Positions 1 to 10,298 of a stretch of 64,000 nucleotides of DNA are shown here, one piece after another. Under the pieces are notes generated by a model that searched no databases, was not told where the DNA came from, and saw only the letters and a list, made by a program, of their open reading frames with translations. The DNA lies in contig JANMPT010000075.1 in assembly GCA_031370005.1 (NCBI GenBank), positions 14,446 through 78,445 on the forward strand, given 5' to 3'. Position numbers and translations under genes: made by a program. Each line of letters opens with the position of its first letter. Within the stretch, counting starts at the first letter, position 1. Source of the stretch: Bdellovibrionales bacterium (GTDB taxonomy: Bacteria > Bdellovibrionota > Bdellovibrionia > Bdellovibrionales > Bdellovibrionaceae).

Positions 1-43
1 TCATCGATATAATAAAAAGCGCAATATATAAAATTAACTTCAT
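1..43 (-). CDS. 5' end of a probable secreted/membrane protein running off the left edge
   Basis: ATG at 43 (-) gives MKLILYIALFIISM (signal-peptide-like), with GGGGA upstream; only 14 codons visible. Confidence 0.4.
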   Translation of the reverse strand, partial: MKLILYIALFIISM

Positions 44-223
44 AAAATCCCCCAACAAAGTCTTATCGACAATTATAACAAGGGAATGAAGACCTTCAGT
101 AAAAACTCCTATAAGTTCCTTTAAAAAAATCAATTCAAAACAAACATCTTTAAAGCGTCTACTTATTAGACAGTTGTCCAATAGAGAAATGCCGGTGTTT
201 AAGATTTAACAGCTTGTTTTCAA

Positions 224-1750
224 TCATTCCCACTCAATGGTTCCAGGGGGTTTACTGGTCACATCATAAACTACGCGGTTCACTCCGCGGACCTTATTAG
301 TAATTCGATTTGAAATTTCCCTTAGTTGATTAAAGTCAAAAGGATACCAATCTGCCGTCATGCCGTCCGTAGAGGTTACAGCTCGCAAAGCCAGAGCAAA
401 CTCATAAGTTCTGGAATCCCCCTGAACTCCCACAGACTTCACTGGCAAAAGTACACAAAACGCCTGCCAAATTTCAGAGTACATACCTTTCTCGCGCAAA
501 AAAGAGATAAATAAGTCATCACATTCCTTAAGTATCTTAAGCTTTTCTTCTGTCACTTCCCCAAGACAACGGATCGCCAGGCCGGGGCCTGGAAAGGGAT
601 GGCGAGACAAAATCTCTGCAGGCAAGCCAAGTTCTGCACCAATTTTACGAACTTCATCTTTGAAAAGCTCACGGACCGGCTCAATCAGTTTTAATTTCAT
701 TTTTTCAGGTAAACCACCAACATTGTGATGAGACTTGATAGTAACACTTCCACCTACCGAAGAAACGCTCTCAATCACATCCGGGTAAAGAGTTCCTTGG
801 GCTAAAAACTGAATGTTAATACCATGATCATAGGATTTATCAAAAACTTCGATAAAAAGTCCGCCAATGGTTTTGCGCTTATCCTCAGGATCTTCTTTGC
901 CCTTCAGACCCATCATGAATTCTTCTGAAGCATCAATGCCTTTTACATTTAAACCGATTTCTCTGTAGGTCTGCAAAACGCTTTCAAATTCATTTTTTCG
1001 CAACAAACCATTGTCAACAAAAACGCAGTGAACCCGCTCATGACCGAGGGCCTTTGTTAACAAGGCTGCCACAACCGAAGAGTCAACGCCGCCACTCAAG
1101 GCACATAAAACATGCTCGTCGGCGGCTACCCTGCGCTGAATATCTTTAATCAAGACCTCAGTAATATGTGGAGCATTCCATGTAGGAGTGCCTCCGCAGA
1201 AATTGTGTGCAAAAGCTCTGATAATCTCAATGCCTTTAAAAGTATGACTAACCTCCGGATGAAATTGAATCGCCCAAGCACGTGGACCCTTCATAGCTGC
1301 AGCATGACCTGATTCAGATACAGCAACAATTTGAAATCCTGGCGGTGCTTTTTTAACGACATCACCATGACTCATCCAGACTTGTTGGTCTGCAGGAATA
1401 GCTCCAAAGGTTTCTCTCCAAGCAATGCGACTCAAACCGTATTCGCGGTGATCACTTTTCTCAACTTCTCCGCCCAACTGATGCGCAAGCAACTGCATCC
1501 CATAACAAACTCCAAGGACTGGAGCCACTTCAAGAAGCTCCTTAACATCGCGACGTGGAGAGCTCAATTCGTATACTGAATTTGGACCACCGCTCAGAAT
1601 AATTCCGTAGGGTTTGCGTTTTTTAATTTCATCGATAGGAAACTTGAAAGCATGGATCTCAGAGTAAAAACCCAATTCACGTAAGCGACGTGCTATCAAC
1701 TGAGTAAACTGTGAGCCAAAATCTAAAATGATAAAACCACGTTCGATCAT
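224..1750 (-). CDS. guaA: GMP synthase (glutamine-hydrolysing)
   Basis: LDFGSQ, GVCYGMQ, QFHPE, LSGGVDS, KSHHNVGG, KPPGTIEWE; start moved to MIERGF (1750), directly after the guaB stop. Confidence 0.98.
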   Translation of the reverse strand: MIERGFIILDFGSQFTQLIARRLRELGFYSEIHAFKFPIDEIKKRKPYGIILSGGPNSVYELSSPRRDVKELLEVAPVLGVCYGMQLLAHQLGGEVEKSDHREYGLSRIAWRETFGAIPADQQVWMSHGDVVKKAPPGFQIVAVSESGHAAAMKGPRAWAIQFHPEVSHTFKGIEIIRAFAHNFCGGTPTWNAPHITEVLIKDIQRRVAADEHVLCALSGGVDSSVVAALLTKALGHERVHCVFVDNGLLRKNEFESVLQTYREIGLNVKGIDASEEFMMGLKGKEDPEDKRKTIGGLFIEVFDKSYDHGINIQFLAQGTLYPDVIESVSSVGGSVTIKSHHNVGGLPEKMKLKLIEPVRELFKDEVRKIGAELGLPAEILSRHPFPGPGLAIRCLGEVTEEKLKILKECDDLFISFLREKGMYSEIWQAFCVLLPVKSVGVQGDSRTYEFALALRAVTSTDGMTADWYPFDFNQLREISNRITNKVRGVNRVVYDVTSKPPGTIEWE

Positions 1751-1751
1751 C

Positions 1752-3218
1752 TTAGTTTTCCAGTCTATAGTTAGGAGCCTCTTTGGTGATACTGACATCA
1801 TGAACATGGGACTCGCGAAGGCCTTGGGCACTGATTTGCACAAACTTAGCCTTCACCTGCAGCTCTTGAACATTACGAGCACCTAGGTAACCCATTCCAG
1901 ATTTCAAACCTCCAATTAATTGATGAACAATACCCGTAGCAGAGCCTTTGTATGGAACTTTTCCCTCAATACCCTCTGGCACTAGTTTGTCATCATCCGT
2001 AATATCGTACTGTGCATAGCGATCTTTAGAGCCTTTCGCCATAGCCCCAAGACTTCCCATACCGCGGTAAACTTTATATGTGCGGCCTTGATATAAAATC
2101 GTTTCGCCTGGGGATTCTTCTGCTCCAGCTAAAAGATTTCCGATCATTACTGAATTTGCACCTAAAGCTAAGGCCTTCGTAATGTCTCCTGAGTATTTAA
2201 TTCCACCATCTGCGATAATTGTCTTCCCTTTTTGGGCAGCAACTTTTGCACACTCCACAATAGCTGAAATCTGTGGCATCCCCACCCCCGCAATCACACG
2301 AGTGGTACAGATACTTCCTGGCCCCACGCCAACTTTCACTACGTCAGCACCGGCTTCAATTAAAGCCAGCGTTCCGTCAGCAGTAACTACATTTCCAGAA
2401 ACGATGATTACGTCCTTGTGGTTCTGTGAAATATATCTCACCATTTCCATAACGTTGCGAGAATGTCCATGGGCTGTGTCCACACAAAGGACATCAACCT
2501 TTGCTGCTACCAAGGCGCTGGCCCTCTCGCGAGAGTCTGCATTAACCCCCAAGGCAGCACCAACAAGAAGACGACCATGACTATCTTTGGTTGCCTGAGG
2601 AAAGGCCTGAGCTTTTTCGATATCTTTAATCGTAATCAGGCCTTTGAGCCTAAAGTTTTTATCGACCACAGGAAGTTTTTCAATACGATATTTTTGCAAG
2701 ATCTGTTTAGCCTGCTCAAGAGTGGTACCAACCTCTGCAGTGACAAGCTTTTCTTTATGAGTCATTAAGTTTTTAATTGGCTGATTCACATTGGTTTCAA
2801 AACGCAAATCTCGATTGGTCAAAATACCTACCAACATTTGATTCACAGTGATCGGCACGCCACTAATAGAATATTTAGCCATAATCTCTAAAGCCTCATG
2901 GACCATTTGATCGGGCCCAAGAGTGATCGGGTCTTGAATCATTCCGCTCTCATATTTTTTAACTTTTTCAACTTCAAGAGCTTGAGCCTCGATACTCATA
3001 TTTTTATGTATAACTCCAAGCCCCCCCATTTGCGCCATGATTCGAGCGACGCGGTTCTCAGTCACCGTATCCATTGCTGCTGACAAAATTGGAGTATTGA
3101 GGAACTTACCGCGGGCAAATTCAGATCGCGAGGTCACATCTGAAGGAATGATCTCAGAATACTGAGGAACCAACAGAATATCATCGTAAGTTAATGCATA
3201 TGGAATCTTGCTATCCAT
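1752..3218 (-). CDS. guaB: IMP dehydrogenase
   Basis: SAAMDTVTE, CBS pair, GVGPGSICTTR, YRGMGS, VPEGIEG. Confidence 0.98.
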   Translation of the reverse strand: MDSKIPYALTYDDILLVPQYSEIIPSDVTSRSEFARGKFLNTPILSAAMDTVTENRVARIMAQMGGLGVIHKNMSIEAQALEVEKVKKYESGMIQDPITLGPDQMVHEALEIMAKYSISGVPITVNQMLVGILTNRDLRFETNVNQPIKNLMTHKEKLVTAEVGTTLEQAKQILQKYRIEKLPVVDKNFRLKGLITIKDIEKAQAFPQATKDSHGRLLVGAALGVNADSRERASALVAAKVDVLCVDTAHGHSRNVMEMVRYISQNHKDVIIVSGNVVTADGTLALIEAGADVVKVGVGPGSICTTRVIAGVGMPQISAIVECAKVAAQKGKTIIADGGIKYSGDITKALALGANSVMIGNLLAGAEESPGETILYQGRTYKVYRGMGSLGAMAKGSKDRYAQYDITDDDKLVPEGIEGKVPYKGSATGIVHQLIGGLKSGMGYLGARNVQELQVKAKFVQISAQGLRESHVHDVSITKEAPNYRLEN

Positions 3219-3281
3219 AAGAATCTCCGTCGTAGAGTTTTTTTGGAATTTCTTTATTCTGTCATGGAGATCAAAAAGACA

Positions 3282-3800
3282 TCAACGCTTTTCTTCGTAC
3301 CAGGTTTTATAGAGAAGATAATTGTCAGCAGAGTGACTTAAGGCTTTAATTTCTTCAGCTGTGAGCTCTCGTTTTTGCTTCGCCGGGCGGCCAAGTATCA
3401 AACTGCGCGGCGGAAAGCTTGCGCCTTCAGTAACTAAAGAGCCTGCGCCAACTATACACTGCTCACCTATCACAACGCCGTCCATTACAATGCTTCCCAT
3501 GCCAATCAAAGACTCTCGACCAATCGTACACCCATGGAGCATCACTTGGTGACCAATGGTCACACGATCCTGCACCGTGCAACCAAACTTACCGTAGGTT
3601 CCATGCAAAATAGATCCATCTTGAACGTTGACTTCATTTCCGATTTGGATTGGCATGACGTCCCCTCTAATTGTCACATTGTACCAAATTGAGGAGCCCC
3701 TACCCACTTTCACATTTCCAATAATACGCGCGTTGTCTGCTATAAAGACGTCACTTGCGATTTCTGGCGTAAATCCCTGAACTGATTGAATATTTTTCAT
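3282..3800 (-). CDS. gamma carbonic anhydrase family (YrdA-like) protein
   Basis: Hexapeptide repeats; RGDV, NVQDGSILH, GHQVMLHGC. Confidence 0.92.
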   Translation of the reverse strand: MKNIQSVQGFTPEIASDVFIADNARIIGNVKVGRGSSIWYNVTIRGDVMPIQIGNEVNVQDGSILHGTYGKFGCTVQDRVTIGHQVMLHGCTIGRESLIGMGSIVMDGVVIGEQCIVGAGSLVTEGASFPPRSLILGRPAKQKRELTAEEIKALSHSADNYLLYKTWYEEKR

Positions 3801-3812
3801 AAGAACAAGCCC

Positions 3813-4379
3813 TTACATAATATAGGGATGATTCTTCTGAATAAGAAATGGATGGGCCTTAATATCAGCGCTCACTCCATCCATTTCAGCATTCATCACA
3901 CGACTTTTTGTAATATACTCTTTAGAGGCATACATCGGAATGTCCAAGTGCAAGCACAAAGACATTGCTTCGTCAGCTCGGACTTTTAAGGTTTCTTGAG
4001 TTGGATGGTTTTTTAAAAATAAGCGCACAAACTGGAAATGCCCCTTGATCTCAACGAAAACACATTTTTCAATTTGCATATGAAGACTTTCCAACAACAC
4101 CTCAGTAAAACGGTGTGGTGTCGTTGGAGCCACAGATTTGTTTGCTTGAGTAAGTGCAACGCCGGCTTCAAGCGGGTTGATTGCTACTGGCAGAGTGTAT
4201 GTATGTTTTTCGTCTTTTAAAAGCAAAAAAGGGCGGGCAAAGTCCGCGCTCACAGACAGCCCATAGGGTCTTAGACGAATCATATCTTTCTCAGCAAACA
4301 AAGCCCCCTCTAGCAATTCAGCAGAAAAAACAATGTGGGAATCCAATTTTTCGGAACTAACATCGTGCGAGTCTTTCAT
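3813..4379 (-). CDS. bifunctional nuclease (DUF151)-like protein
   Basis: LLLKDE..TLPVAINPLEA, PTTPH, VRADEAMSL resemble a divergent BFN/DUF151; coupled to miaB. Confidence 0.7.
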   Translation of the reverse strand: MKDSHDVSSEKLDSHIVFSAELLEGALFAEKDMIRLRPYGLSVSADFARPFLLLKDEKHTYTLPVAINPLEAGVALTQANKSVAPTTPHRFTEVLLESLHMQIEKCVFVEIKGHFQFVRLFLKNHPTQETLKVRADEAMSLCLHLDIPMYASKEYITKSRVMNAEMDGVSADIKAHPFLIQKNHPYIM

Positions 4380-5722
4380 TATTGCACCAATTCTCCTCTT
4401 AGAACTGCAGGAAAAGCCTTCGTGATTTTCACCGGCACCGTCTTGCCGATAAGATCCTCGGAGCCCAGGAAGTGCACAAGCTTATTTTCTGGAGTGCGCC
4501 CTGATACTTTTTTTTCCGTTGATTCTGATTTCTCAACTAGCACCTCCAGTGTGAGTCCTTCGTAGCGTTTGACAAGCTCAAAGGCCATTTTTTTATGTGC
4601 ATCAAAAAGTCGGTTCAATCGTTCATTTTTAATATCTTCAGAAACCTGGTCTTCAAACTTCGCGGCCTTGGTAAATGGACGTGGCGAGTAACTAAAGGCA
4701 AAAATGGTTTCAAATCCAACCTCATGCATTAAAGACATCGTATCAAGAAAATCAGATTCCGTCTCCCCAGGAAATCCAACGATAATATCAGTTGATAACA
4801 CGACGTTTGGAATCGCCTTTTTGATCATTTTGATTTTTTCTAGATACTCTTCTCGAGTATAACCTCGATTCATTCTATTTAGAATGCGACTATTTCCGCT
4901 TTGTACCGGCAAGTGGACATATTCACAAGCTTTTGGTTGGTTAGCAAACATCACATCAGCTAATTTTTGATTAAAATCCTTCGGGTGAGACGTCGTGAAA
5001 CGTACTCTTTCGATATCTGTCTCACAAGCGACTTTTTCAAGTAGGTCCGCAAAATCTGCTCCGCACTCGCTGTGATATGAATTTACATTCTGACCAAGTA
5101 AAGTCACTTCTTTCGTTCCACGCTTAATCAAGGCACGAACGTCATTCAAAACATGGGCCAAGGGGCGACTTTTTTCACGACCACGAGTATAAGGCACAAC
5201 ACAGAAACTGCAAAAGTTATCACAACCTTTTGCTATATTAACGAAAGTTGAAACTCCAGGATTTCTCACCAAGGTTTCAACATGGTAAGGGGCTCGATGC
5301 TCTACCTTGGCATTCACAAGCTTTGCCTTATATGTCTGGTAAACCTGCGCTACGAGTTCTGGCAGAATATCGATGGTATCGGTACCAAAAACAAAATCGA
5401 TCATTGGTTCGCGCTTAATTAGATTTTCCTTTTCCTGCTGCCCCACACAACCACCTACGCCAATACGCAGATCAGGATTTTTCTCTTTCAATTTACGATA
5501 TGTACCGACCTCAGAGTAAACCTTGTGAACGGGTTTCTCTCGAATACTACAAGCATTGATAATGATAACTGAAGCCTCTTCAGCGCTTTGCACCGGAGTA
5601 AAGTTCGCCATCTCTAAAAGACTGTACATACGTTCAGTGTCATTTACATTCATTTGGCAACCATAGGTAGAAATGAAAACACCACGCCCTTTTCCGATAT
5701 CCTGGTTTTGTGTTTCTTCCAT
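4379..5722 (-). CDS. miaB: tRNA methylthiotransferase MiaB
   Basis: TYGCQMN, NACSIRE, GCDNFCSFC radical SAM motif, C-terminal TRAM; start at MEETQ. Confidence 0.96.
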   Translation of the reverse strand: MEETQNQDIGKGRGVFISTYGCQMNVNDTERMYSLLEMANFTPVQSAEEASVIIINACSIREKPVHKVYSEVGTYRKLKEKNPDLRIGVGGCVGQQEKENLIKREPMIDFVFGTDTIDILPELVAQVYQTYKAKLVNAKVEHRAPYHVETLVRNPGVSTFVNIAKGCDNFCSFCVVPYTRGREKSRPLAHVLNDVRALIKRGTKEVTLLGQNVNSYHSECGADFADLLEKVACETDIERVRFTTSHPKDFNQKLADVMFANQPKACEYVHLPVQSGNSRILNRMNRGYTREEYLEKIKMIKKAIPNVVLSTDIIVGFPGETESDFLDTMSLMHEVGFETIFAFSYSPRPFTKAAKFEDQVSEDIKNERLNRLFDAHKKMAFELVKRYEGLTLEVLVEKSESTEKKVSGRTPENKLVHFLGSEDLIGKTVPVKITKAFPAVLRGELVQ

Positions 5723-5801
5723 CTTAAGGCTTCCTGCTTCCTGAATTTCACATTGTGTCATTAACGCTTTTGAGTTATAGAGGATCGCTAGGAGAAAATC
5801 A

Positions 5802-6377
5802 ATGCAAGCACGGCTTAAAACCTCAAAAAAGTGGACAGCATTTCCTAAGGAATATGTAGATCAAATCCAGTCGGTCTTTCGCGAAAATTTTTCTCAGCAA
5901 CTAGCTGGCAACAGTCTCCTCGTAGAAGGCCATATTTATCCCTCCGAAGTTATGCTCCGCGTTGGAATTAAAGAAAAGGGCCGCCTACGCCAAGCAAACT
6001 TTGAGGTCTCCATGGACTACGACACAAAGAAAAAGGATGCTGTGGAGCGTATACACAACTGCATCGATGCTGCGGCCTCCATGATGATGGACTATTTTGA
6101 GTCCAAGGATGATGCTGAACTCCCAAGAGCATGGCAAGAATACCCATTCCAAGGAGAAATCTTATTTCTTAAATTTAGCACTGAAAACTCAGACCTCGAA
6201 GCTCAAGCAAACGCCTTGTTAGGCGAAACTGCGGACTCTCTTGTCCTTGAAGAAGAAGGTGAAGATGCATTGGCTCGAGCAGAGGTTGATTCAACTCTTA
6301 CTGATGATTCTGAAAAAATCTCTGGACCAAAAATGTTCGGCGCAAGAAAAAATAAAAAAAAAGGCGAGCTCATGTAG
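5802..6377 (+). CDS. hypothetical protein
   Basis: 191-aa ORF with GGAGA RBS and acidic C-terminus. Confidence 0.75.
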   Translation: MQARLKTSKKWTAFPKEYVDQIQSVFRENFSQQLAGNSLLVEGHIYPSEVMLRVGIKEKGRLRQANFEVSMDYDTKKKDAVERIHNCIDAAASMMMDYFESKDDAELPRAWQEYPFQGEILFLKFSTENSDLEAQANALLGETADSLVLEEEGEDALARAEVDSTLTDDSEKISGPKMFGARKNKKKGELM

Positions 6378-6417
6378 CTCGCAAAGAAACTCACTTAATA
6401 CCATGATTTTCCTAATC

Positions 6418-6795
6418 TTAATTAGCTGGGTAACAAGAATTATTGGAGTAACCATATTTTCTGCCATATTGAGCGCAGTATGGTTGGCACACGCCGACCG
6501 TTAATACCCCGATCTGAGTATTCACAGTATCCGTTGCCAAACAAGCTGTCGCAGTCCCTGTCACGGTTGCTGTTGATGCCGCTGGATAACAAGAGCCATT
6601 TAAATAACCAAAGTTGGTTCCACAGGCAGTGGATTGCGGCAAACAGCCTTGAGTGGTGTAGACATAACCAGCCGTTGCACAAGAACCCGTGGTCACCACT
6701 GGAGTATCAGGTGATGAGCTGCTGCCCTTGCTACAATTCACTAGAAACAACGAAGAAGACAAAACCAGCATAAGTGTTAAAAGATTGTTTTTCAT
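6418..6795 (-). CDS. Cys-rich lipoprotein
   Basis: Signal peptide ending LVNC; two internal repeats ending (F/Y)GY.N.SCYPA. Confidence 0.75.
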   Translation of the reverse strand: MKNNLLTLMLVLSSSLFLVNCSKGSSSSPDTPVVTTGSCATAGYVYTTQGCLPQSTACGTNFGYLNGSCYPAASTATVTGTATACLATDTVNTQIGVLTVGVCQPYCAQYGRKYGYSNNSCYPAN

Positions 6796-6961
6796 ATATA
6801 ACCCCTTGTTAAAATTTAATACTCATACTTAGGGTCAATACAAAAACTGTGCAAAGCCTGACAATGCGGCAGCAAATATAGGACATTTGGAACGCCTCAG
6901 ACTGAGACGGTGCCGAAAACCGCTGACACTACTGCCAAGTGAAGATTTTCCTACTTAGGCC

Positions 6962-7081
6962 TCAGGAGTAATCCTGAACCCGTAGTCGATAAACCCAGCG
7001 GTTGAATCTATCTAAGTACTCTTGCCAAGCCGAATAGCCCTTAAGTTGCATCTCTTCAAAAAAGCTTTCTTGATCAAGGAT
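6962..7081 (-). pseudogene. possible orphan C-terminal gene fragment
   Basis: Open frame ILDQESFFEEMQLKGYSAWQEYLDRFNRWVYRLRVQDYS* with no proper start, directly after the SCO stop. Confidence 0.3.
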
Positions 7082-7082
7082 C

Positions 7083-7676
7083 TTAATGCTGCGAATCGCT
7101 TTCAGTTTTATTGAGATCCAGTTTTTTAAGCTGATCTCGAAATTTATCTAAGAACTCTTTCCAATCTGAGCTTCGTTCTTTTCGAGCTAAAACTTCACCA
7201 TTTGCCGACAGCAAGTATAAGCTAGTTGAGTGAGTGAAATCTCCATCACCTATATCTTTATAACTAAAGCCCAAAACAGCGGCCATCTCGCGCACTTGAT
7301 CTTTGTCAGAGGTTAACAATAGCCAACGCTGATCAAGTCGCATTTTTTTATAAAACTTTTTCAAAGCCTCTGGGGTGTCGCGTGCAGGATCAATAGAAAA
7401 AGTAACGTATTTGATTTTTTTTCTTTCAATTTTGGTTAACAAAGAATCAAAAGACTTAATATCAGAAATCATTAGCGGACAGGCCCCTGGACAACTCGTA
7501 AAAGTCATAGTGACTATAGCTGGAAGGCCAGCGAGATCCTTTAAATTTAAAGGTTTGTTACCTTGTGTTGTCCAAGTTTGCTCAAGTTGATATATGGATT
7601 TTGGTGAAATTTCATTTTTTTCTTCTGAATATGAAATACTTGGAAAGATTGCCAGAAATATAATTAAAAATTTCAT
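7083..7676 (-). CDS. SCO1/SenC copper chaperone
   Basis: FTSCPGACP (CxxxC), SIDPARDTPE, FTHS; signal peptide. Confidence 0.93.
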   Translation of the reverse strand: MKFLIIFLAIFPSISYSEEKNEISPKSIYQLEQTWTTQGNKPLNLKDLAGLPAIVTMTFTSCPGACPLMISDIKSFDSLLTKIERKKIKYVTFSIDPARDTPEALKKFYKKMRLDQRWLLLTSDKDQVREMAAVLGFSYKDIGDGDFTHSTSLYLLSANGEVLARKERSSDWKEFLDKFRDQLKKLDLNKTESDSQH

Positions 7677-8443
7677 TTGGAACCCTCTATTTTTAAATCA
7701 CTAACACATCTAAAACCCAGGTTTCGCATGCAATAATCTCCCTTGAGACCACTACGAAATCCATATCTCATAAATGTGGCGTAAGACTTGGAATCCAAAG
7801 AACTCACTGAGCCACCACCACAAAAAAATCCATCCGTCCGATCCCCTTTAGACCTTGAATCAGAAGATATCATTACCGAACTAAAATCCTCAACCCATTC
7901 CCAGATTAACCCATGCATATCGTACACACCAAATTTATTTGGTTTTTTAGAACCAATATTTTCAATCGGTTGATTGCCAGTTTTGGCATACCAACTCAAT
8001 AACTCTTTTAAGATATCGGGGTTGGTTGAGTCGGAAGCGTATTCCCATTCAGCGATTGTGGGCAACCTTTTGCCAACTGAAAGACAATATTTCCTGGCGA
8101 CAAACCAAGATACATAAGTGACTGGCTTCAATCCAATGTCTTTTTTTTCATCTTCAGATAGTGTTTCTTGCTTCCAGTCTTGCAGATAACGTTGATCAAC
8201 ATATAGCGATATTATTTTACTTTTTCGTAGCTTTTGATTTTTCGAAAGAAATTCACTGAACTCCGAATTTGTAACTGGATATTTATCTATATAAAAAGAA
8301 TCAACCTTTACATCTCTGTCCTTTAATTCCTTAAAAAAGGGCTTAAAATTTCCTGCAGGAATTAAAACTTGATCTGTGTTCAAGGTGCTAGCCCAAGTCA
8401 GGCTAAAAAAAATAAGTAGAATTAGGCTAGCAAAAATTTTCAT
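7673..8443 (-). CDS. nirV: NirV-like formylglycine-generating-enzyme-fold protein
   Basis: PVTNSEF, RLPTIAEWEYA, YDMHGLIWEW, GFRC; directly downstream of nirK. Confidence 0.8.
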   Translation of the reverse strand: MKIFASLILLIFFSLTWASTLNTDQVLIPAGNFKPFFKELKDRDVKVDSFYIDKYPVTNSEFSEFLSKNQKLRKSKIISLYVDQRYLQDWKQETLSEDEKKDIGLKPVTYVSWFVARKYCLSVGKRLPTIAEWEYASDSTNPDILKELLSWYAKTGNQPIENIGSKKPNKFGVYDMHGLIWEWVEDFSSVMISSDSRSKGDRTDGFFCGGGSVSSLDSKSYATFMRYGFRSGLKGDYCMRNLGFRCVSDLKIEGSK

Positions 8444-8446
8444 AAA

Positions 8447-9871
8447 TTATTTATTTCGCACGGACTTAACCTCTGATGTTGTAACCTCATCGGATTTATT
8501 ACCCCATGAATTACGTATAAATGTAAGCACATTGGCAACATCTTCATCGTCTAATCCTAAAGCGGGCATTACGCCATTGTACTCCGCTCCGTTGATTATA
8601 AGCTTTCCCTGTAAACCGTTTATTACTGTGCTTATTGCGCGATTTTTATCTGCCATTAAATAATCAGATTTTGCAAGCGGAGGAAAAGCCCCCTTTAATC
8701 CTGTGCCATCAACTTGGTGACAAGCAGCGCAGTTTTGTGCAAAAACTATTTTACCAGCAGTCATTCTCTCTTCTAGGTTTTTAGCAAAAATTTTCTGCGT
8801 AGCCTTCCCATTAGGCATCGTCTGAGTGGCGCCACCTTCCGGCAAGTACACAGTATCGGATTGCTTACCCGTATAAATCATTGGATTCTTGTCCCCTTCG
8901 ACTTTTAACATCCCTAAGGCTCCTTTATTAAAGGCCCTAAAGATCGCGTGATCTACTAAAATATAGGTGGAAGGAATATCGATCTTGAATTCAACAATAG
9001 CAGAACCACCCGGCGGAACCACCGTCGTCTGGACATTTTCCTGAGCAAGTTTGGTTCCTCCCTCGGTGTATACCTTGTCAAAAATTTCTCCGATCACATG
9101 AAAGTTTGAGGCCAGATTAGGTCCACCAGTGCCGAAGAAAATTCGAACTTTATCTCCAACATTTGCTTTAATTGAATTGTCCCCGGTTAAAGCACCGACA
9201 CTGCCATTAAACACTACGTAATCAGGTTGCTCTTTAATTGCTTTCTCCATATCAAATGGCTGAAGTCCCTTGTCACCATACTTTCCTTTAGTATAGAAAT
9301 CTGATTGGACAACGTAAAACTCTTTATCAACTTTTGGCAAAGGATGTTCTGGTTCAACGTAAATTAAGCCGTACATGCCATTTGCAATGTGCATACCGAC
9401 TGGGGCCGTTGCACAATGATAAACAAAAAGCCCAGGATTAAGGGCTCTAAAAGAAAATCTAGAGCTGTGTCCGGGGATTGTCATAGAGCCCTCTGCTCCA
9501 CCGCCTTGGCCCGTGACTGCATGTAAATCAATATTGTGAGGCATTTTATTTGAAGGATGATTGTGAAGGTTAAACTCTACGTAATCGCCTACGCGAATAC
9601 GCATCATTGGTCCTGGAACAGTTCCACCAAATGTCCAAAAATTATATTCAACTCCATCAGCAAGACGACCAGTTATCTCTTTTGTTTCTAAGTTTATTTT
9701 CACCCGTGCTGGTGTTTTTCTTTTAATAGGTGGGGGCACGTTCGGCGCAGTGGTAAGAATCGCAGTCTCTTCAGGAAAATTTTTGGGGTCCGCATATTTA
9801 GATTTTGCAAGCGATAAACTTGATACAACTAGTAAACAAGCTGTCAGGAGATATTTTTTCACGACAAGCAC
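8447..9871 (-). CDS. nirK: copper nitrite reductase with C-terminal cytochrome c fusion
   Basis: HNIDLHAV, YHCATAPVGMHIANGMYG, FHVIG, LVDHA copper-site motifs; CAACH heme c motif; signal peptide. Confidence 0.96.
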   Translation of the reverse strand: MLVVKKYLLTACLLVVSSLSLAKSKYADPKNFPEETAILTTAPNVPPPIKRKTPARVKINLETKEITGRLADGVEYNFWTFGGTVPGPMMRIRVGDYVEFNLHNHPSNKMPHNIDLHAVTGQGGGAEGSMTIPGHSSRFSFRALNPGLFVYHCATAPVGMHIANGMYGLIYVEPEHPLPKVDKEFYVVQSDFYTKGKYGDKGLQPFDMEKAIKEQPDYVVFNGSVGALTGDNSIKANVGDKVRIFFGTGGPNLASNFHVIGEIFDKVYTEGGTKLAQENVQTTVVPPGGSAIVEFKIDIPSTYILVDHAIFRAFNKGALGMLKVEGDKNPMIYTGKQSDTVYLPEGGATQTMPNGKATQKIFAKNLEERMTAGKIVFAQNCAACHQVDGTGLKGAFPPLAKSDYLMADKNRAISTVINGLQGKLIINGAEYNGVMPALGLDDEDVANVLTFIRNSWGNKSDEVTTSEVKSVRNK

Positions 9872-9877
9872 CTTTCT

Positions 9878-10234
9878 TTAAGTTTTTTTAGCCCATGAAT
9901 TGCAATAGGCATCGGCCGGTACGAATTTGTTAGGAAAGATGGCACAGGTGCCCGCTGCTTTGCCGTTCTTGTTTTCTGATTTCATAAAAAGTGAACAAGT
10001 AGCGCATTTGTTGCCCGCGGCTTTTGGTGATTTTTTTGAGTCCTCGACATATCCAACTGCCTTTGCTGTTCCATCATTTGGATCCACCATTTCCGACCCA
10101 GCATTGCCAGACTTCTTTCGGCGGCTCTCTTCGGCAAAAGCAGTATTGCCAGTAAATGCCGAAATTAAAGCTGGCGCAGCTATTACCAATCCAGAAATTC
10201 TGGCCATATTCTTAAAAAAATCTCTTCTTTTCAT
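9878..10234 (-). CDS. high-potential iron-sulfur protein (HiPIP), Tat-exported
   Basis: MKRRDFFK twin-arginine leader; CATC...GTCAIFP...YCNSW four-Cys pattern. Confidence 0.88.
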   Translation of the reverse strand: MKRRDFFKNMARISGLVIAAPALISAFTGNTAFAEESRRKKSGNAGSEMVDPNDGTAKAVGYVEDSKKSPKAAGNKCATCSLFMKSENKNGKAAGTCAIFPNKFVPADAYCNSWAKKT

Positions 10235-10298
10235 GTGAACTCCAACGCTTAGTGATTACGATCTTTTTCCATTCTAATTAAATTTTAAGGGCACGGGT

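Noticed and set aside
1751..1843. Long N-terminal extensions in the ORF track (guaA; likewise nrdD, MCP, CBS, CsbD, 43407..44111)
   Set aside because: They overlap neighbours or promoters; downstream ATGs with RBS or coupling fit better
7070..7083. TTGATCAAGGATCT as an FNR box
   Set aside because: Second half-site is misplaced and it lies downstream of the operon
7673..8443. True sulfatase-modifying enzyme
   Set aside because: No sulfatase nearby; position after nirK fits NirV
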